64,000 bases of DNA, from assembly GCA_049472335.1 (NCBI GenBank), contig JBLIRO010000018.1, positions 1 to 64,000 on the forward strand, given 5' to 3'. The position numbers and the translations under genes are program-made. This document shows, piece after piece, positions 40,665 to 51,456 of this stretch. The stretch's first letter is position 1. The number at the start of each line of letters is the position of its first letter. Under the pieces are notes generated by a model. It searched no databases. It worked only from the letters and a program-made list of their open reading frames with translations, and was not told the origin of the DNA. Source of the DNA: a bacterium (GTDB lineage: Bacteria; SZUA-182; DTGQ01; JAFGSM01).

Positions 40665-40681
40665 AGCAAGGGAGATGCCAA
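40665..40681 (-). promoter_or_regulatory. Sigma-54 (-24/-12) promoter
   Basis: Minus strand TTGGCAT-CTCCC-TTGCT, about 45 nt upstream of the 40620 start and next to an NtrC-type activator gene. Confidence 0.85.
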
Positions 40682-40893
40682 GAGGTTAAAAGATACATAT
40701 AAATTAAGTTAATTTATTGAAATTAAATGATAAAATTTGAATGCTGACACCCTGATCGATTTCTGAGATATGGGAAGAAGTGATGCCGAGAGGCCAGGAG
40801 TTTCTTGATTCAGGTGAATAAAATTGATGTGATGCGGCGTATTATAATGCAAACCGGCCAAATGGTCAGATCGTGACCAGAATTGGTGTTAAA

Positions 40894-42357
40894 TCAACAT
40901 TTATCCGGAGGATTTTCATGGTGAAAGGGTTCTATCTTATATTTTTTCAGCCTGTGACGAAGGGTATTACGGCTTATGCCAAGCATTCTTGCCGCCCTGA
41001 CCTGGTTATAGCCACATTCTTTCATGGCCCTGGATATAAGCAATTCTTCCACAAGGTCAATGATATTTGCGTGGGCCTTTTGATGGGAAAGCCTAAGAAT
41101 GTCCGGAACAATACCTTCCAATTTATCCTGGATATTACGAATAAGTTCATCTCGATTGGCAGCCGTTAAGGAACCCTCCCTGTCCTGATTCAGTGTTATA
41201 TATTCTTCACGAATAACATCCCCCATACACAACAATACAGCCCGCCTGATCAGGTTCTCCAATTCCCTGACATTACCTGGCCAGTTATATGATTGAAGCC
41301 TTAAAACTGCCTTATCATCAACATAACGGATGGGTTTATGATATTCCGCACCGAATTTTGCTACAAAATATTCCACCAGGGCAGGGATATCCTCAAGACG
41401 ATTCCTCAGAGGGGGAAGGTCCAGGGAAATGATCTTCAACCTCCAATAAAGGTCTTTCCTGAATCTGCCTGATGTTACCTCTTTTTCGATGTTTTTATTC
41501 GTGGCTGCGATCACCCTTACATTCACCTTTATGGTTTCAGTTCCACCGAGCCGATCGAGCTCTCCTTCCTGAAGAACACGGAGAAATTTGGCCTGAGTGG
41601 AAAGTGACATATCCCCGATTTCATCGAAGAAAAGGGTCCCTCCATGACATCTTTCAAACCTTCCTATATGTGTCCGCTCAGCCCCGGTAAAAGCCCCACG
41701 TTCATAACCAAAAAGCTCGCTTTCAAAGAGAGTATCAGGAATGGCCGGACAGTTGACAGTTAGAAAGGGTTTATCACGCCTGGAGCTATGATGATAAATG
41801 GCCCGGGCTACTAACTCTTTTCCTGTTCCGCTCTCACCAGTTATTAGGACCGTAACATCCTGTTGAGCAATCTGGCCAATCAGTTTGTAGATATCCTGCA
41901 TCTTTTTGCTATTACCTATAATCTTCACATATCCTTTCGTAGAGGGAGATGCTTTATTGAGATCGGTCGGGAAACTTACGACCTCCTTCATCAGGCGATT
42001 CACCTCAAGGGCATCCTTGGCAATCCTCTTCAATTCCTCCCGGTCAAAGGGCTTTAGCAGATAGTCATATGCCCCGAGCTTCATTGCTTCGATAGCGGTC
42101 TCTGTGGTTCCATATGCGGTCATAATGATAATAGGGGTCTTAACCTGTGATTTTTTTATTGCCTTGAGTATATCCAAACCGCTCATTTCCGGCATCTTAT
42201 AATCCATCAATATCAGATCGAACTGTTCATCTGCCAGGATTTCCAATGCTGACTTACCTTCTTTACATGTGTTCACTTCAAATCCTTGCTTTGTGAAGAA
42301 TCGACTGAGGAAATGGAGCAAACCCTCATCATTGTCTACAACCAGTATCTTTTCCAT
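40894..42357 (-). CDS. Sigma-54-dependent response regulator (NtrC family)
   Basis: Receiver domain, GESGTGKE, GAFTGA, WPGNVREL, Fis-type HTH. Confidence 0.96.
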   Translation of the reverse strand: MEKILVVDNDEGLLHFLSRFFTKQGFEVNTCKEGKSALEILADEQFDLILMDYKMPEMSGLDILKAIKKSQVKTPIIIMTAYGTTETAIEAMKLGAYDYLLKPFDREELKRIAKDALEVNRLMKEVVSFPTDLNKASPSTKGYVKIIGNSKKMQDIYKLIGQIAQQDVTVLITGESGTGKELVARAIYHHSSRRDKPFLTVNCPAIPDTLFESELFGYERGAFTGAERTHIGRFERCHGGTLFFDEIGDMSLSTQAKFLRVLQEGELDRLGGTETIKVNVRVIAATNKNIEKEVTSGRFRKDLYWRLKIISLDLPPLRNRLEDIPALVEYFVAKFGAEYHKPIRYVDDKAVLRLQSYNWPGNVRELENLIRRAVLLCMGDVIREEYITLNQDREGSLTAANRDELIRNIQDKLEGIVPDILRLSHQKAHANIIDLVEELLISRAMKECGYNQVRAARMLGISRNTLRHRLKKYKIEPFHHENPPDKC

Positions 42358-42432
42358 TATTATTAACGTTCCAAGTAATTCAAGTTAAGTGTATAAAGTT
42401 TAGGTGCCTTAAATGACCAAAGTGTCAAGAAT

Positions 42433-44283
42433 TTAATTACTCTCCTTCCCTTTTACAGAAACAGGAAGGAAAATTGAAAAGGTAGTTCCGCCTTCAGGCG
42501 AATTTTCAACCCTTATATCCCCTCCGTGCATCCTGATGGTGCTATAAGCTATGGGCAGTCCAAGCCCTGTACCTGTGGCCTTGGTGGTAAAGAAGGGCTC
42601 AAACAGGTTGGGGATATTCTCTTCGGGAATTCCTGGCCCTGTATCGGATATATCGATCCGGACACAAGGGCAGGGATGCTCCCCTATTTCACATTGATCC
42701 GTAAAGGCATGGATCGATAAAGTCCCCCGATGTGCCATTGCCTCCAGGGCATTAACTATCAGATTCAATAATGTTTCAGCAAGCTGTTTTTTATCCCCGT
42801 GTATGAAGGGCAAGCCCTCTTCTATTTTCAATTTGACCGAGGTTTCCTGCTGATTGGCCCTTGGTTTTATAACAAGCAATGCGTCTTCGATCAGATGCCT
42901 TATATCTATAATAGATAATATGGGTTCCTGGGGTTTTGCAAAATCGAGGAATCGATTGATCGTTCCCTCAATACGTTTTATCTGAGTCATACCGATTTGA
43001 AAATCTTCCTCAAACTCCGGCGAAATCTCAATCTCGCTTTGGACAGATTGTAAAAATAGCTTTAGCGAGGCGAGAGGTGTCCTTATCTCATGGGTTACGC
43101 CCGCGGCAAGCCTTCCCAATGCCGCCATTTGCTCCGAGCGGGCAGCAGCCAACTGTGTTTTTTTGAGCCTTACATCCGTTTCTTTCAGTTCGGCCTCCGT
43201 AAGGCCCACTTTCTTCTCAAGGCTGTTTTGCCTGGCCTCCAGTTTTTTTGCCATATCCTCAAAGGCGTTATAGAGAAGACCAATTTCGTCCACCCGTTTA
43301 GTCTCAATCCGGGCCTTTTCAAAATCTCCCATGGCAAGGATTTTTGCAGCTTCACTCAATTTTCGAATAGGGTAGACCAGATAATAAGAAAACAACCAGG
43401 CACAAGCTATGGCTGCAAATATAAAAAATGCAATCATACCATAGGCATATTGCTTTAATTTATCTGCGCTCATAAAGGCTTCATCCCTGTCCTGTTCAAC
43501 TACCAGAAACCAATCCGTTCCTGCAATACTTCGGGATGTACCCAATACTTCAATTCCTCTGTAATCCGTATATATCTTTCTCTGGCTTCCCTCACCAAAT
43601 ATATTCTTAAAACTTTCTGACTGGGCGATATTTTCAGTTAAAATACGCCTTGGTTCTTTATGGGCAAGAAAAGTGCCTTCTTTATCCACGAGATAGCTTT
43701 CCCCGGTTTCACCAAGAGAAACCCTTAATATAATGGAAAGTATGGAATGGGTACCTACAACGCTGCATACGGCTCCGATCAAATCCCCTTCATCATTAAA
43801 TACTGGTGCATAGATATAAAAAAATGAATCATTATGATCCGGATCAAAGGTGATATTGGATATATACATCCTGCTTGCAGAATCTTCAATGTTACAATCT
43901 TTCAGTCCGTATGAAAGCTGATCCCCCAGGCTATTATAAATAATATTTCCGTCCCTGGCCAAAACAACAAATCCCTTGTATACCTCATAATATTTCTCCA
44001 CAAGGTTAAGATAAGGGGCTATCTTTTCAGTATTCATGGATTTGAGGATGGAAGATTCGGCGACAACCCTCAGATCCGCTTTTCGCTCCGAAAGCCACCT
44101 TTCAAGAAGGGAAACCTTATCATCCGCAACATTTCCCAATTGATTGGAGGCCATACGGATGATGAGGTCTTCGGCCGTTCGAATGGAAAATGCAGCCATT
44201 AGAATGAGAGGGGCCAGGGCGATCAAGAGAAAAAGCAGAAGCACCTTAAACTGTAGATTCTTTAATAATGAACTTATACGCAA
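42433..44283 (-). CDS. Sensor histidine kinase (Cache-like periplasmic domain, HAMP)
   Basis: Two TMs, HEIRTPL H-box, FFTTK..GTGLGL. Confidence 0.95.
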   Translation of the reverse strand: MRISSLLKNLQFKVLLLFLLIALAPLILMAAFSIRTAEDLIIRMASNQLGNVADDKVSLLERWLSERKADLRVVAESSILKSMNTEKIAPYLNLVEKYYEVYKGFVVLARDGNIIYNSLGDQLSYGLKDCNIEDSASRMYISNITFDPDHNDSFFYIYAPVFNDEGDLIGAVCSVVGTHSILSIILRVSLGETGESYLVDKEGTFLAHKEPRRILTENIAQSESFKNIFGEGSQRKIYTDYRGIEVLGTSRSIAGTDWFLVVEQDRDEAFMSADKLKQYAYGMIAFFIFAAIACAWLFSYYLVYPIRKLSEAAKILAMGDFEKARIETKRVDEIGLLYNAFEDMAKKLEARQNSLEKKVGLTEAELKETDVRLKKTQLAAARSEQMAALGRLAAGVTHEIRTPLASLKLFLQSVQSEIEISPEFEEDFQIGMTQIKRIEGTINRFLDFAKPQEPILSIIDIRHLIEDALLVIKPRANQQETSVKLKIEEGLPFIHGDKKQLAETLLNLIVNALEAMAHRGTLSIHAFTDQCEIGEHPCPCVRIDISDTGPGIPEENIPNLFEPFFTTKATGTGLGLPIAYSTIRMHGGDIRVENSPEGGTTFSIFLPVSVKGKESN

Positions 44284-44685
44284 ACAGACGATCCTTTGTG
44301 ATAAATATTAATATATTCTCCGGACACCAATCTCATGAAAATGTTCAATTAAACTAAATATCCTGAAAATATTCATCAAGAGACAACATTATACCCAGTT
44401 TGTTTCTATTTGATCATGATTATTAATAAGATCTTGATTATTTCAAAAAAAGTATAGCTAAATATAGATATTTTATCAACTTTAAAATTAGAATTTAATT
44501 TATAGAATTATGAAGTTTAGAGGATTCTTTGTTGATTTCAAATCTGTTTTCAACTTAGTTTTTAATTGGAATTGCTTCTTTACAATTGCGTCAATTATTA
44601 ATTGTGTTGTTGAAGATCTTGGTTCTTCGGTGAGTTATGAACTTCACTAGTAAAAGCCGATTAAACTAAATTTTTTCTAATCAAT

Positions 44686-44721
44686 AAAAAGAACCCCGAT
44701 GAGTTATTGGGGTTCTTTTTT
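44686..44721. terminator. Terminator-like hairpin in a long intergenic region
   Basis: aaaaagaacccc...ggggttcttttt. Confidence 0.6.
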
Positions 44722-45287
44722 CTCTATCCATATTTATTACTTTTGATAAGAAATTGTTATTCACTCTTGATAATTTTATAAAATATGATATAATTATTTT
44801 TAGAAAATAAAAAACAAATTCATATATGTTCTTTGAAAAATTTATTTTCTGTTTTATATATTCTTTTCGATCTTATCCAATTATTAATATAGTTTCAAAC
44901 GATGATTATTGATAATTCTCTATGCTTACTTTTTTAAAACAAAAAAGAATCACTGCCCTGTTTGCATGACCATTAACAAATTTCCATAACATCTAAGAGC
45001 TCTTCAGATTTCAATTGAAACGAATTCACTTTATGTTTGCACTCAACAATCATGCTGGCAGAAAATTTATTAAAAAAGCCACAAAATATGCTCAATGATA
45101 AATTTGTTTGAAAAAAAACAAGCATGTGAAAGGGGGATTGCATGTATATTTAAAAAAGCCTTTTAAAAAATTCAATTTTTTAACAAGATTTTGAAATCTT
45201 AAAGGGGGATCATATGGCCATTTTTCTATGGGTAAGGTTAAAGCATATCCAAATCCTTTAATTGTTTGAATAAAGGGGGATACTAAA

Positions 45288-45977
45288 ATGAGTGGGCTAA
45301 AAATAAAAAAATGGATAATTTTTTTGATTTTATTTTGTTTTTTCATTTTATGTCATTCATCATTAGCAAAAGCCCAAAATTAGGTAGCCATTGCACCATT
45401 CAATACTCTTCGGCCCTTATGGTCACCTGCCCTATCACCTATAGATCCAATAACCGGATTGCCAACACCAATAGTGGATAATTTATCGCCGGGTACTATA
45501 TTACCGGTAGAGCCCGGGCTTACATGGGATCCTGCATTAAATTTCCCTTATCTTCTCTTTAATAGCCCTGATCTTTAATAGCCCTGAAGGCCTTGTATAT
45601 TATAATTTTTTGGGAGGAATAGAAGGTGGATTATTGCCGTAGCCGCCCAGTTATTTGCAGGCTACATTTAATGAAGCCGGAAATCTATGGACTCTCCCGC
45701 CTTCTCCTTTAACACCCCTTTAGGGTACGCGGATTTGCCTCCTACTCCCGCGCTCTGGCTCGCACAAATGATACCGGTAGCCTTTGCCAATTATTTTTAT
45801 AACTTTCCTCCTCCTGGTTATAGTTATTATGACTGGATGGATCCTGAAGGTATTGCAATTAATCCGGCATTAGCCAATTTTATTATATCTTCTATCCCGG
45901 CCTATTTATCAGCAGCAGATATCGTTGGCTATCCGCTGGCTTTTGAGTTCTTGACCATTTCCGACATGTTATTCTGA
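45288..45977 (+). pseudogene. Disrupted paralogue of the secreted protein at 62081-62788
   Basis: Aligns with QNWIALPP..WPLWSP..; TAG at 45381 and 45640 in place of Trp; 16-bp tandem duplication 45556-45587; frameshift near 45715. Confidence 0.9.
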
Positions 45978-46004
45978 TGTTTAAGAGAGGTTTTAACCTT
46001 TTTA

Positions 46005-46200
46005 GAAAAGATACTCAAATTTAACAGGGCATGCCCACTGTTGGGTAATAGTCTGTCTACATTTAAGGTAAAAGCATTTCCCTATCGGGCATGCCCCAAA
46101 GCCCATCTTTCCCGGCCGTTTCATTGGCATCCGAATCCTATCCTTATATATTCCCAGGGCCTTGCATTACAGGTCCCATATCTTTGTTACTTAAAGGCAT
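46005..46200 (-). pseudogene. Degenerate remnant of a small Gly/Cys-rich (DUF5320-like / CxCPxC) gene
   Basis: Fragments MPLSNKDMGPVMQGPG, GKMGFGACPIGKCFYLKC and GMPC across frames. Confidence 0.35.
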
Positions 46201-46416
46201 CTTTCACAAATTTTGACTTTTAATAAATCAGACATCCAAATCCACTTTAAAGTTCTACACTAATTATCAGAGCATTTATGCAAAAATCAAAACCAGGTGA
46301 AATCTATTCTTGAAATATGATTATAATTGACAAGCAGAAAATACAATTTTATAGTGATCATATAAATATTATGATAGATTTTTTCCATCTAAGCACCTAA
46401 TTTCTAGGAGAAAAAG

Positions 46417-48306
46417 ATGATATATAGCATTAGAAACAGTATCAGGAAAAAACTGATTTTTGGAGCAATAATTATGTTGATACTGGTGGTTGCTATGAGC
46501 GCAGTTTCCATTTGGAGCGGATATCGGGTTGGAAAAGGCGGAGAGATAATATTAAACGCATCCTCTTATATTTCTGAAATCGAAAATCTTCGCTTGGCCT
46601 TTGAAAAAGTATTAATGCCATCACATGATTATTTAATCTATGGCAATTTAAATGAGATATATACCTTTGAGGATAATATTAAAAGACTGAAACACCGCCT
46701 AAACCGAGTAGAAGGATTAATTATGGCTTATGAGGATAAAGATATAGATCTGGTAGTAAAACCCCTCAATTTTACCAAGGAAAATCTCATAAAAGTTGAG
46801 TCCTTATCGAGAGAGCTTCTGTCTATTCCAGATCCTCAAAAAATTGAGGCAGGAAAACTAATGAAGGAGATGGATGCCCGAACAGAGATGGTTAGACAAA
46901 AACTGGAAAAATTGATCCAAACAGTTACATCTGATAAAAACTCAGGAATATTCTACCCTGTATATGAAATTCTGGTTAAATTCCAAAACCTCCTTATGCC
47001 GCCACATGATTATCTTATCACTGGGAAAGAAGCTGAGAAAGAAAATTATAAGATACTAATTGAAAATCTTACTTCTGAAATGGACCTGCTATTTAAATTG
47101 GCCAAACCAGGCAAAGAAAAAGAGACTATTAAGGCAACTATTAACGACTTTAAGCTTGTTGATGATTTGGCCAGACAGATTCTTGCAATTAAAGATCCTC
47201 TAAAGATGGAAGCCGGATACAAAATGGAAGAGATGGATTTCATATCAAATGAGATCATAATAAAGTTAGACACTATACTGGAATATTTTAAAAAAGAAAA
47301 AGAACTGGCCAAAAAAAAAGCCGATCGAATCAAATCAGCGGCCTTTCATTTTACAGTATTAATAAGTCTAGTTCTGGTAATAGGCGGCTTTGTAGCTGGG
47401 CTAGCATTTTCGTCAAGTATCACTAATCCCGTTAGGCAACTCCTGCTTGCGACTCAGAGGATTTCTGGTGGGGACCTATCCCACAAGGCACAGATCACTT
47501 CAAACGATGAGATAGGGGAATTAGCCCGGTCTTTTAACAATATGACGGATAATCTGAGAACCTATCAGGCACAACTGATTCAGTCATCAAAGCTTGCATC
47601 AATGGGCGTACTTGCGGCGGGCATAGCTCATGAGGTCAATAATCCAACCAACACCATTATAAATTATGCTGGTCTTTTAGAGGATGAATTGAAGCCGGAT
47701 TCAGAGCTTTCTAATTATGTACAGGGAATTCTTAAGGAAGGGAAAAGAATTACAAATATTGTCCATAATTTACTGACATTTGCCAGAGCAGAAAAACAGG
47801 AGCATACCCCTTGTAAAGTTGTAGATATTATAAATGCCTCTCTTTCTTTCATGAAAAATTATCTGTCAAAGGAAGGGATCAATATCAAGACATCTTTTGA
47901 CCCGGATTTGCCTCTGATTAGAGCAAAATCAAGCCAATTAGAACAGGTTTTTGTCAATCTTATTCTCAATGCACGTGACGCACTCAATGAAAAATATCCT
48001 AAGCCTGATCCAAACAAACTTATCCGAATCGAAGTAAAAAAAGAAAAGAGCGAAGGGAAAAATTATCTTAGAATTATTTTTACGGATACAGGGAGTGGTA
48101 TTGACCAGAAGAATCTGGATAAGATTTTTGATCCGTTTTTTACTACAAAAAGAGCTGACAAAGGCACAGGACTGGGATTAAGTATCAGTTACGGAATAAT
48201 CATTGACCACAAAGGACGAGTGGAAGTTAAAAGTCAAAAGGGAAAGCAAACCTCGTTTATTATAAACCTTCTAATTAATGAAGAAGATACACCTTTAAAA
48301 AAATAA
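46417..48306 (+). CDS. Sensor histidine kinase with duplicated periplasmic helical domain and HAMP
   Basis: LMPxHDYLI occurs twice; HEVNNP H-box; FFTTK..GTGLGL. Confidence 0.94.
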   Translation: MIYSIRNSIRKKLIFGAIIMLILVVAMSAVSIWSGYRVGKGGEIILNASSYISEIENLRLAFEKVLMPSHDYLIYGNLNEIYTFEDNIKRLKHRLNRVEGLIMAYEDKDIDLVVKPLNFTKENLIKVESLSRELLSIPDPQKIEAGKLMKEMDARTEMVRQKLEKLIQTVTSDKNSGIFYPVYEILVKFQNLLMPPHDYLITGKEAEKENYKILIENLTSEMDLLFKLAKPGKEKETIKATINDFKLVDDLARQILAIKDPLKMEAGYKMEEMDFISNEIIIKLDTILEYFKKEKELAKKKADRIKSAAFHFTVLISLVLVIGGFVAGLAFSSSITNPVRQLLLATQRISGGDLSHKAQITSNDEIGELARSFNNMTDNLRTYQAQLIQSSKLASMGVLAAGIAHEVNNPTNTIINYAGLLEDELKPDSELSNYVQGILKEGKRITNIVHNLLTFARAEKQEHTPCKVVDIINASLSFMKNYLSKEGINIKTSFDPDLPLIRAKSSQLEQVFVNLILNARDALNEKYPKPDPNKLIRIEVKKEKSEGKNYLRIIFTDTGSGIDQKNLDKIFDPFFTTKRADKGTGLGLSISYGIIIDHKGRVEVKSQKGKQTSFIINLLINEEDTPLKK

Positions 48307-48781
48307 GATCCCTGATTATTCTATCTTAAAGAACTATTTGAGCATTCTTTAAGCTTATAAAAAATTATACATAATATTGACTTAACTCCATATTATTTAT
48401 CCATTTACATATAAAGAGCTTATAATTTACATAAATTTATTTAACAAATATTAATATAAAATCAATATATTATGGCTAAGTTGATTACCTTGAATAGACA
48501 TATTATCAATTTGATGGGGAAATCACAGACTGGGCAGAAAACATATTATTCAATATGAAAAAATTTTCAATTATTATTATTTTTATTGCATAATTATAAA
48601 ATACCTTTTTAGTAATATTTTTTAATAAATAACTATTTTATAACAGAAAATATTCCAAACACAAATTCAGCATAGTTTTTGCAGAAATATTTTATATTAC
48701 TATCCATAGAAGCAGTTATCTTTTAAAACTTTTTCCACCCTTAGAAAAAGATCAAACTCTGCCTAAAGAAAGGAGAAGGTA

Positions 48782-49294
48782 ATGAAAAAAGAAAAAATAA
48801 ATCGAAACAAAAGGATGCTGACGGGGAGCATTCTGATATTGATTCTCCTATTTTTTGGCATTTTCCCAACTCATGCCCCTGCTCCGTCCCTGTATTATTA
48901 TCCAAAATATATCTCCCAATATCTCTCGTTTTACTATTTTCTTCCGTCATTGTTTCCTGCTTATTATTCCACATATATTGATCCGACTCTAATTTCATCC
49001 CCAATACTCCCTGCTCCGACTACAACTCTCGCCCCCACAGCCGTAGCATCCGGATTACTATTACCTGTACCTCCCCTCCCTGTTACTCCAGTGCTTCCCT
49101 CAGCATTTATTGCACCCGTAGTAGCCGATTTTTTGATTAATACCGGAAATCCCCAAGTACAGGCTGTTTTAGGTTTGATCGCATTAAATCCCCTGTTATT
49201 AAATGATCCTCTCTTGCTGAACTCCCTTATAAATACAGGAAACCCTGATGTCGCCTCTGCACTGGCAATAGTATCAACACTTTATGCCCCTTAA
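48782..49294 (+). CDS. Secreted Tyr/Pro/Leu-rich hypothetical protein
   Basis: RBS aaggag; signal-like segment; LINTGNP occurs twice. Confidence 0.7.
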   Translation: MKKEKINRNKRMLTGSILILILLFFGIFPTHAPAPSLYYYPKYISQYLSFYYFLPSLFPAYYSTYIDPTLISSPILPAPTTTLAPTAVASGLLLPVPPLPVTPVLPSAFIAPVVADFLINTGNPQVQAVLGLIALNPLLLNDPLLLNSLINTGNPDVASALAIVSTLYAP

Positions 49295-49377
49295 AAATGG
49301 AGTTGCATAAATATAAAATATTTTTGTAATATTTTAGTTGTTTAAAATGAAGCGGCTTTAAAAAAGATTGAGCAGGA

Positions 49378-50310
49378 TCATGTTCCATTTTTGGGAACCA
49401 GACAGGGTTTCTCTTTGCATTCATTAACCTCTATCGTAATATGAGAAAGTTCATCAAAGGCATTTAACAACTTTTTGTAGTGTTCGGGATTTTTAGGGAA
49501 ATGAGTTACTATTGAAATTATAGCGGCATAATCGAGCGGTCCTACCTTCCATATATGTATATCACAGATTCTATTGTCCGAATCGGCCTCGATTTTTTCC
49601 CGGATCGATTTCATAAATTCCAGGTCTATGTTTTTATCCAATAGAATCGTGCTTGTATCAATGAGCAAACCATATGACCAGAGAGCAATAACCAAAGCTC
49701 CGAAAATGCCTATTAAAGGATCAAGCCTGTTCCAGCCGAAAAATTTACCAAAGGATAAAGCTAATATTGCCAGAAAAGATGTCATGGCATCTGCCAAAAC
49801 ATGAAGATATGCGCCTCTGAGATTGAGATCATGGGCGTGTTTATGATCATGATCGTGACGGCAATGCAACAGAAAAGCACAAAGAAGATTTACAAGCAAT
49901 CCCAGAATTGCAATAATTATTGCTTCATTAAAATGGATTTCCAGAGGGCGTAAAAGACGCCGCACCGACTCAAACCCCATAATCAAAGCTACGATTGCCA
50001 ATGTAATCGCACTGGCAAAACCGCCTAATATGCTTACCTTCCCTGTGCCAAAGGTAAATTCCGCATTCTCTGTGTGGCGCTTTGAATATCTATAAGCAAA
50101 AATAGTTATAATGAATGCCGCTGCGTGCGTCCCCATGTGCCAACCATCAGCAAGGAGCGCCATTGAACCGAAAACTGTACCGGCAACTATTTCCGCAATC
50201 ATTGTCACTGCGGTAATCGCAAGCACCTGTTTTGTTCGCCTTTCACCTTTTTCATAAATAAAAGCGAAATCATGGTTGTGTTGCCATTTTTCCAATGTAT
50301 AAATATGCAT
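49378..50310 (-). CDS. dmeF: CDF-family Co/Ni efflux transporter
   Basis: SMALLADGWHMGTH, His-rich loop, AYLHVLAD. Confidence 0.93.
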   Translation of the reverse strand: MHIYTLEKWQHNHDFAFIYEKGERRTKQVLAITAVTMIAEIVAGTVFGSMALLADGWHMGTHAAAFIITIFAYRYSKRHTENAEFTFGTGKVSILGGFASAITLAIVALIMGFESVRRLLRPLEIHFNEAIIIAILGLLVNLLCAFLLHCRHDHDHKHAHDLNLRGAYLHVLADAMTSFLAILALSFGKFFGWNRLDPLIGIFGALVIALWSYGLLIDTSTILLDKNIDLEFMKSIREKIEADSDNRICDIHIWKVGPLDYAAIISIVTHFPKNPEHYKKLLNAFDELSHITIEVNECKEKPCLVPKNGT

Positions 50311-50645
50311 AGCGATCTCGGAATATTATCCTCTGATTTTTTGATTCATTTACCTAATGGAGGCATTTCTCAAGATCCCCCGGGATTTTGAGAAGTTGGG
50401 TATTTCTTCTTATTGACCATTATAACAATTTATTATCCCACCAATAAGGACTTATTAATAAATATATAATAAAAAACTTCAAAATCAATATCTATTTCAT
50501 CAACAATTATTAATTATGGCAATTGTGTTAAGGAACAGGCGGCACGTAAATGGATCCGGATTCGGGTATTTAATATCTTATGTTATACCAATAAGGATAT
50601 CACTTAATTTATTTTTATTAAATAAAAGACAAAAAGCAGGGCATA

Positions 50646-51020
50646 TTAAACAACATGCCTATTATAATTTTCCCAAACCAGCAAATGGTGTTCAAGATGT
50701 CCCCAGTTTATTGGTTTATTTATAAAATCTGATGCGCCTTCATTTAAAAGCTCTATGATTTTATCTGGATCGTTAACTCCTGAGATTATTATGACCGGAA
50801 GATCATGATAACGTTCTTTTATATTTTTTAATACACTCTCTCCACTCATTCCCGGCATCATTAAATCCAATAGCACTACATCGGGTTTTTCATTATCGAT
50901 TAATTTGATCCCTTCCTCTCCTGAAAGAGATGTCCTCACTTTAAAACCTTTACTTGTTAGAAACTCATTAATCATTTCACAAATTTCAGCCTCATCATCT
51001 ATTGTCAATACTGATAACAT
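50646..51020 (-). CDS. Single-domain response regulator
   Basis: IDDE, LLDLMMPG, FINKP. Confidence 0.92.
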   Translation of the reverse strand: MLSVLTIDDEAEICEMINEFLTSKGFKVRTSLSGEEGIKLIDNEKPDVVLLDLMMPGMSGESVLKNIKERYHDLPVIIISGVNDPDKIIELLNEGASDFINKPINWGHLEHHLLVWENYNRHVV

Positions 51021-51456
51021 TATTTCCTCCTCCTTTTATCCTGTTTTCAATCCTTATTTTTTTATCGGAAATTTACGCGTCAAAATACATGGATTAATAC
51101 ATGTAAAGGATGGTTGTAACTACTTAAAGCTTTTCTGGAATTGTTTGTGTCTAACGAACGGAGCATATCGATGAAGAAATGAAATATCTTGTCGAGGCAT
51201 TTAATGATATGATCATGCGCCTCGAAAAGTCTTTTAATTATTTCATCGATTTTAACTCTCATTTTATTATTAACCAGACTGGATTATCAACACGATGTAT
51301 TCAATTTGGAATAAATTGATTTTAAGGAAGGAGGTAAAATAAAAATATCTTAAAGTATTTTATTCACCTCTGATTAAGGTTCAGCGAACTGACAATTTTA
51401 GATGGTTTTTGCAAGATTCAAAAGGTAACTATAGGTAAATTAGAGGAGACTTGAGA

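Noticed and set aside
45381..45642. Pyrrolysine or TAG recoding
   Set aside because: The TAGs align with Trp in the intact paralogue and co-occur with frameshifts, so this is decay
48668..48683. Sigma-54 promoter before 48782 (CAGCATAGTTTTTGCA)
   Set aside because: Lacks the invariant -24 GG
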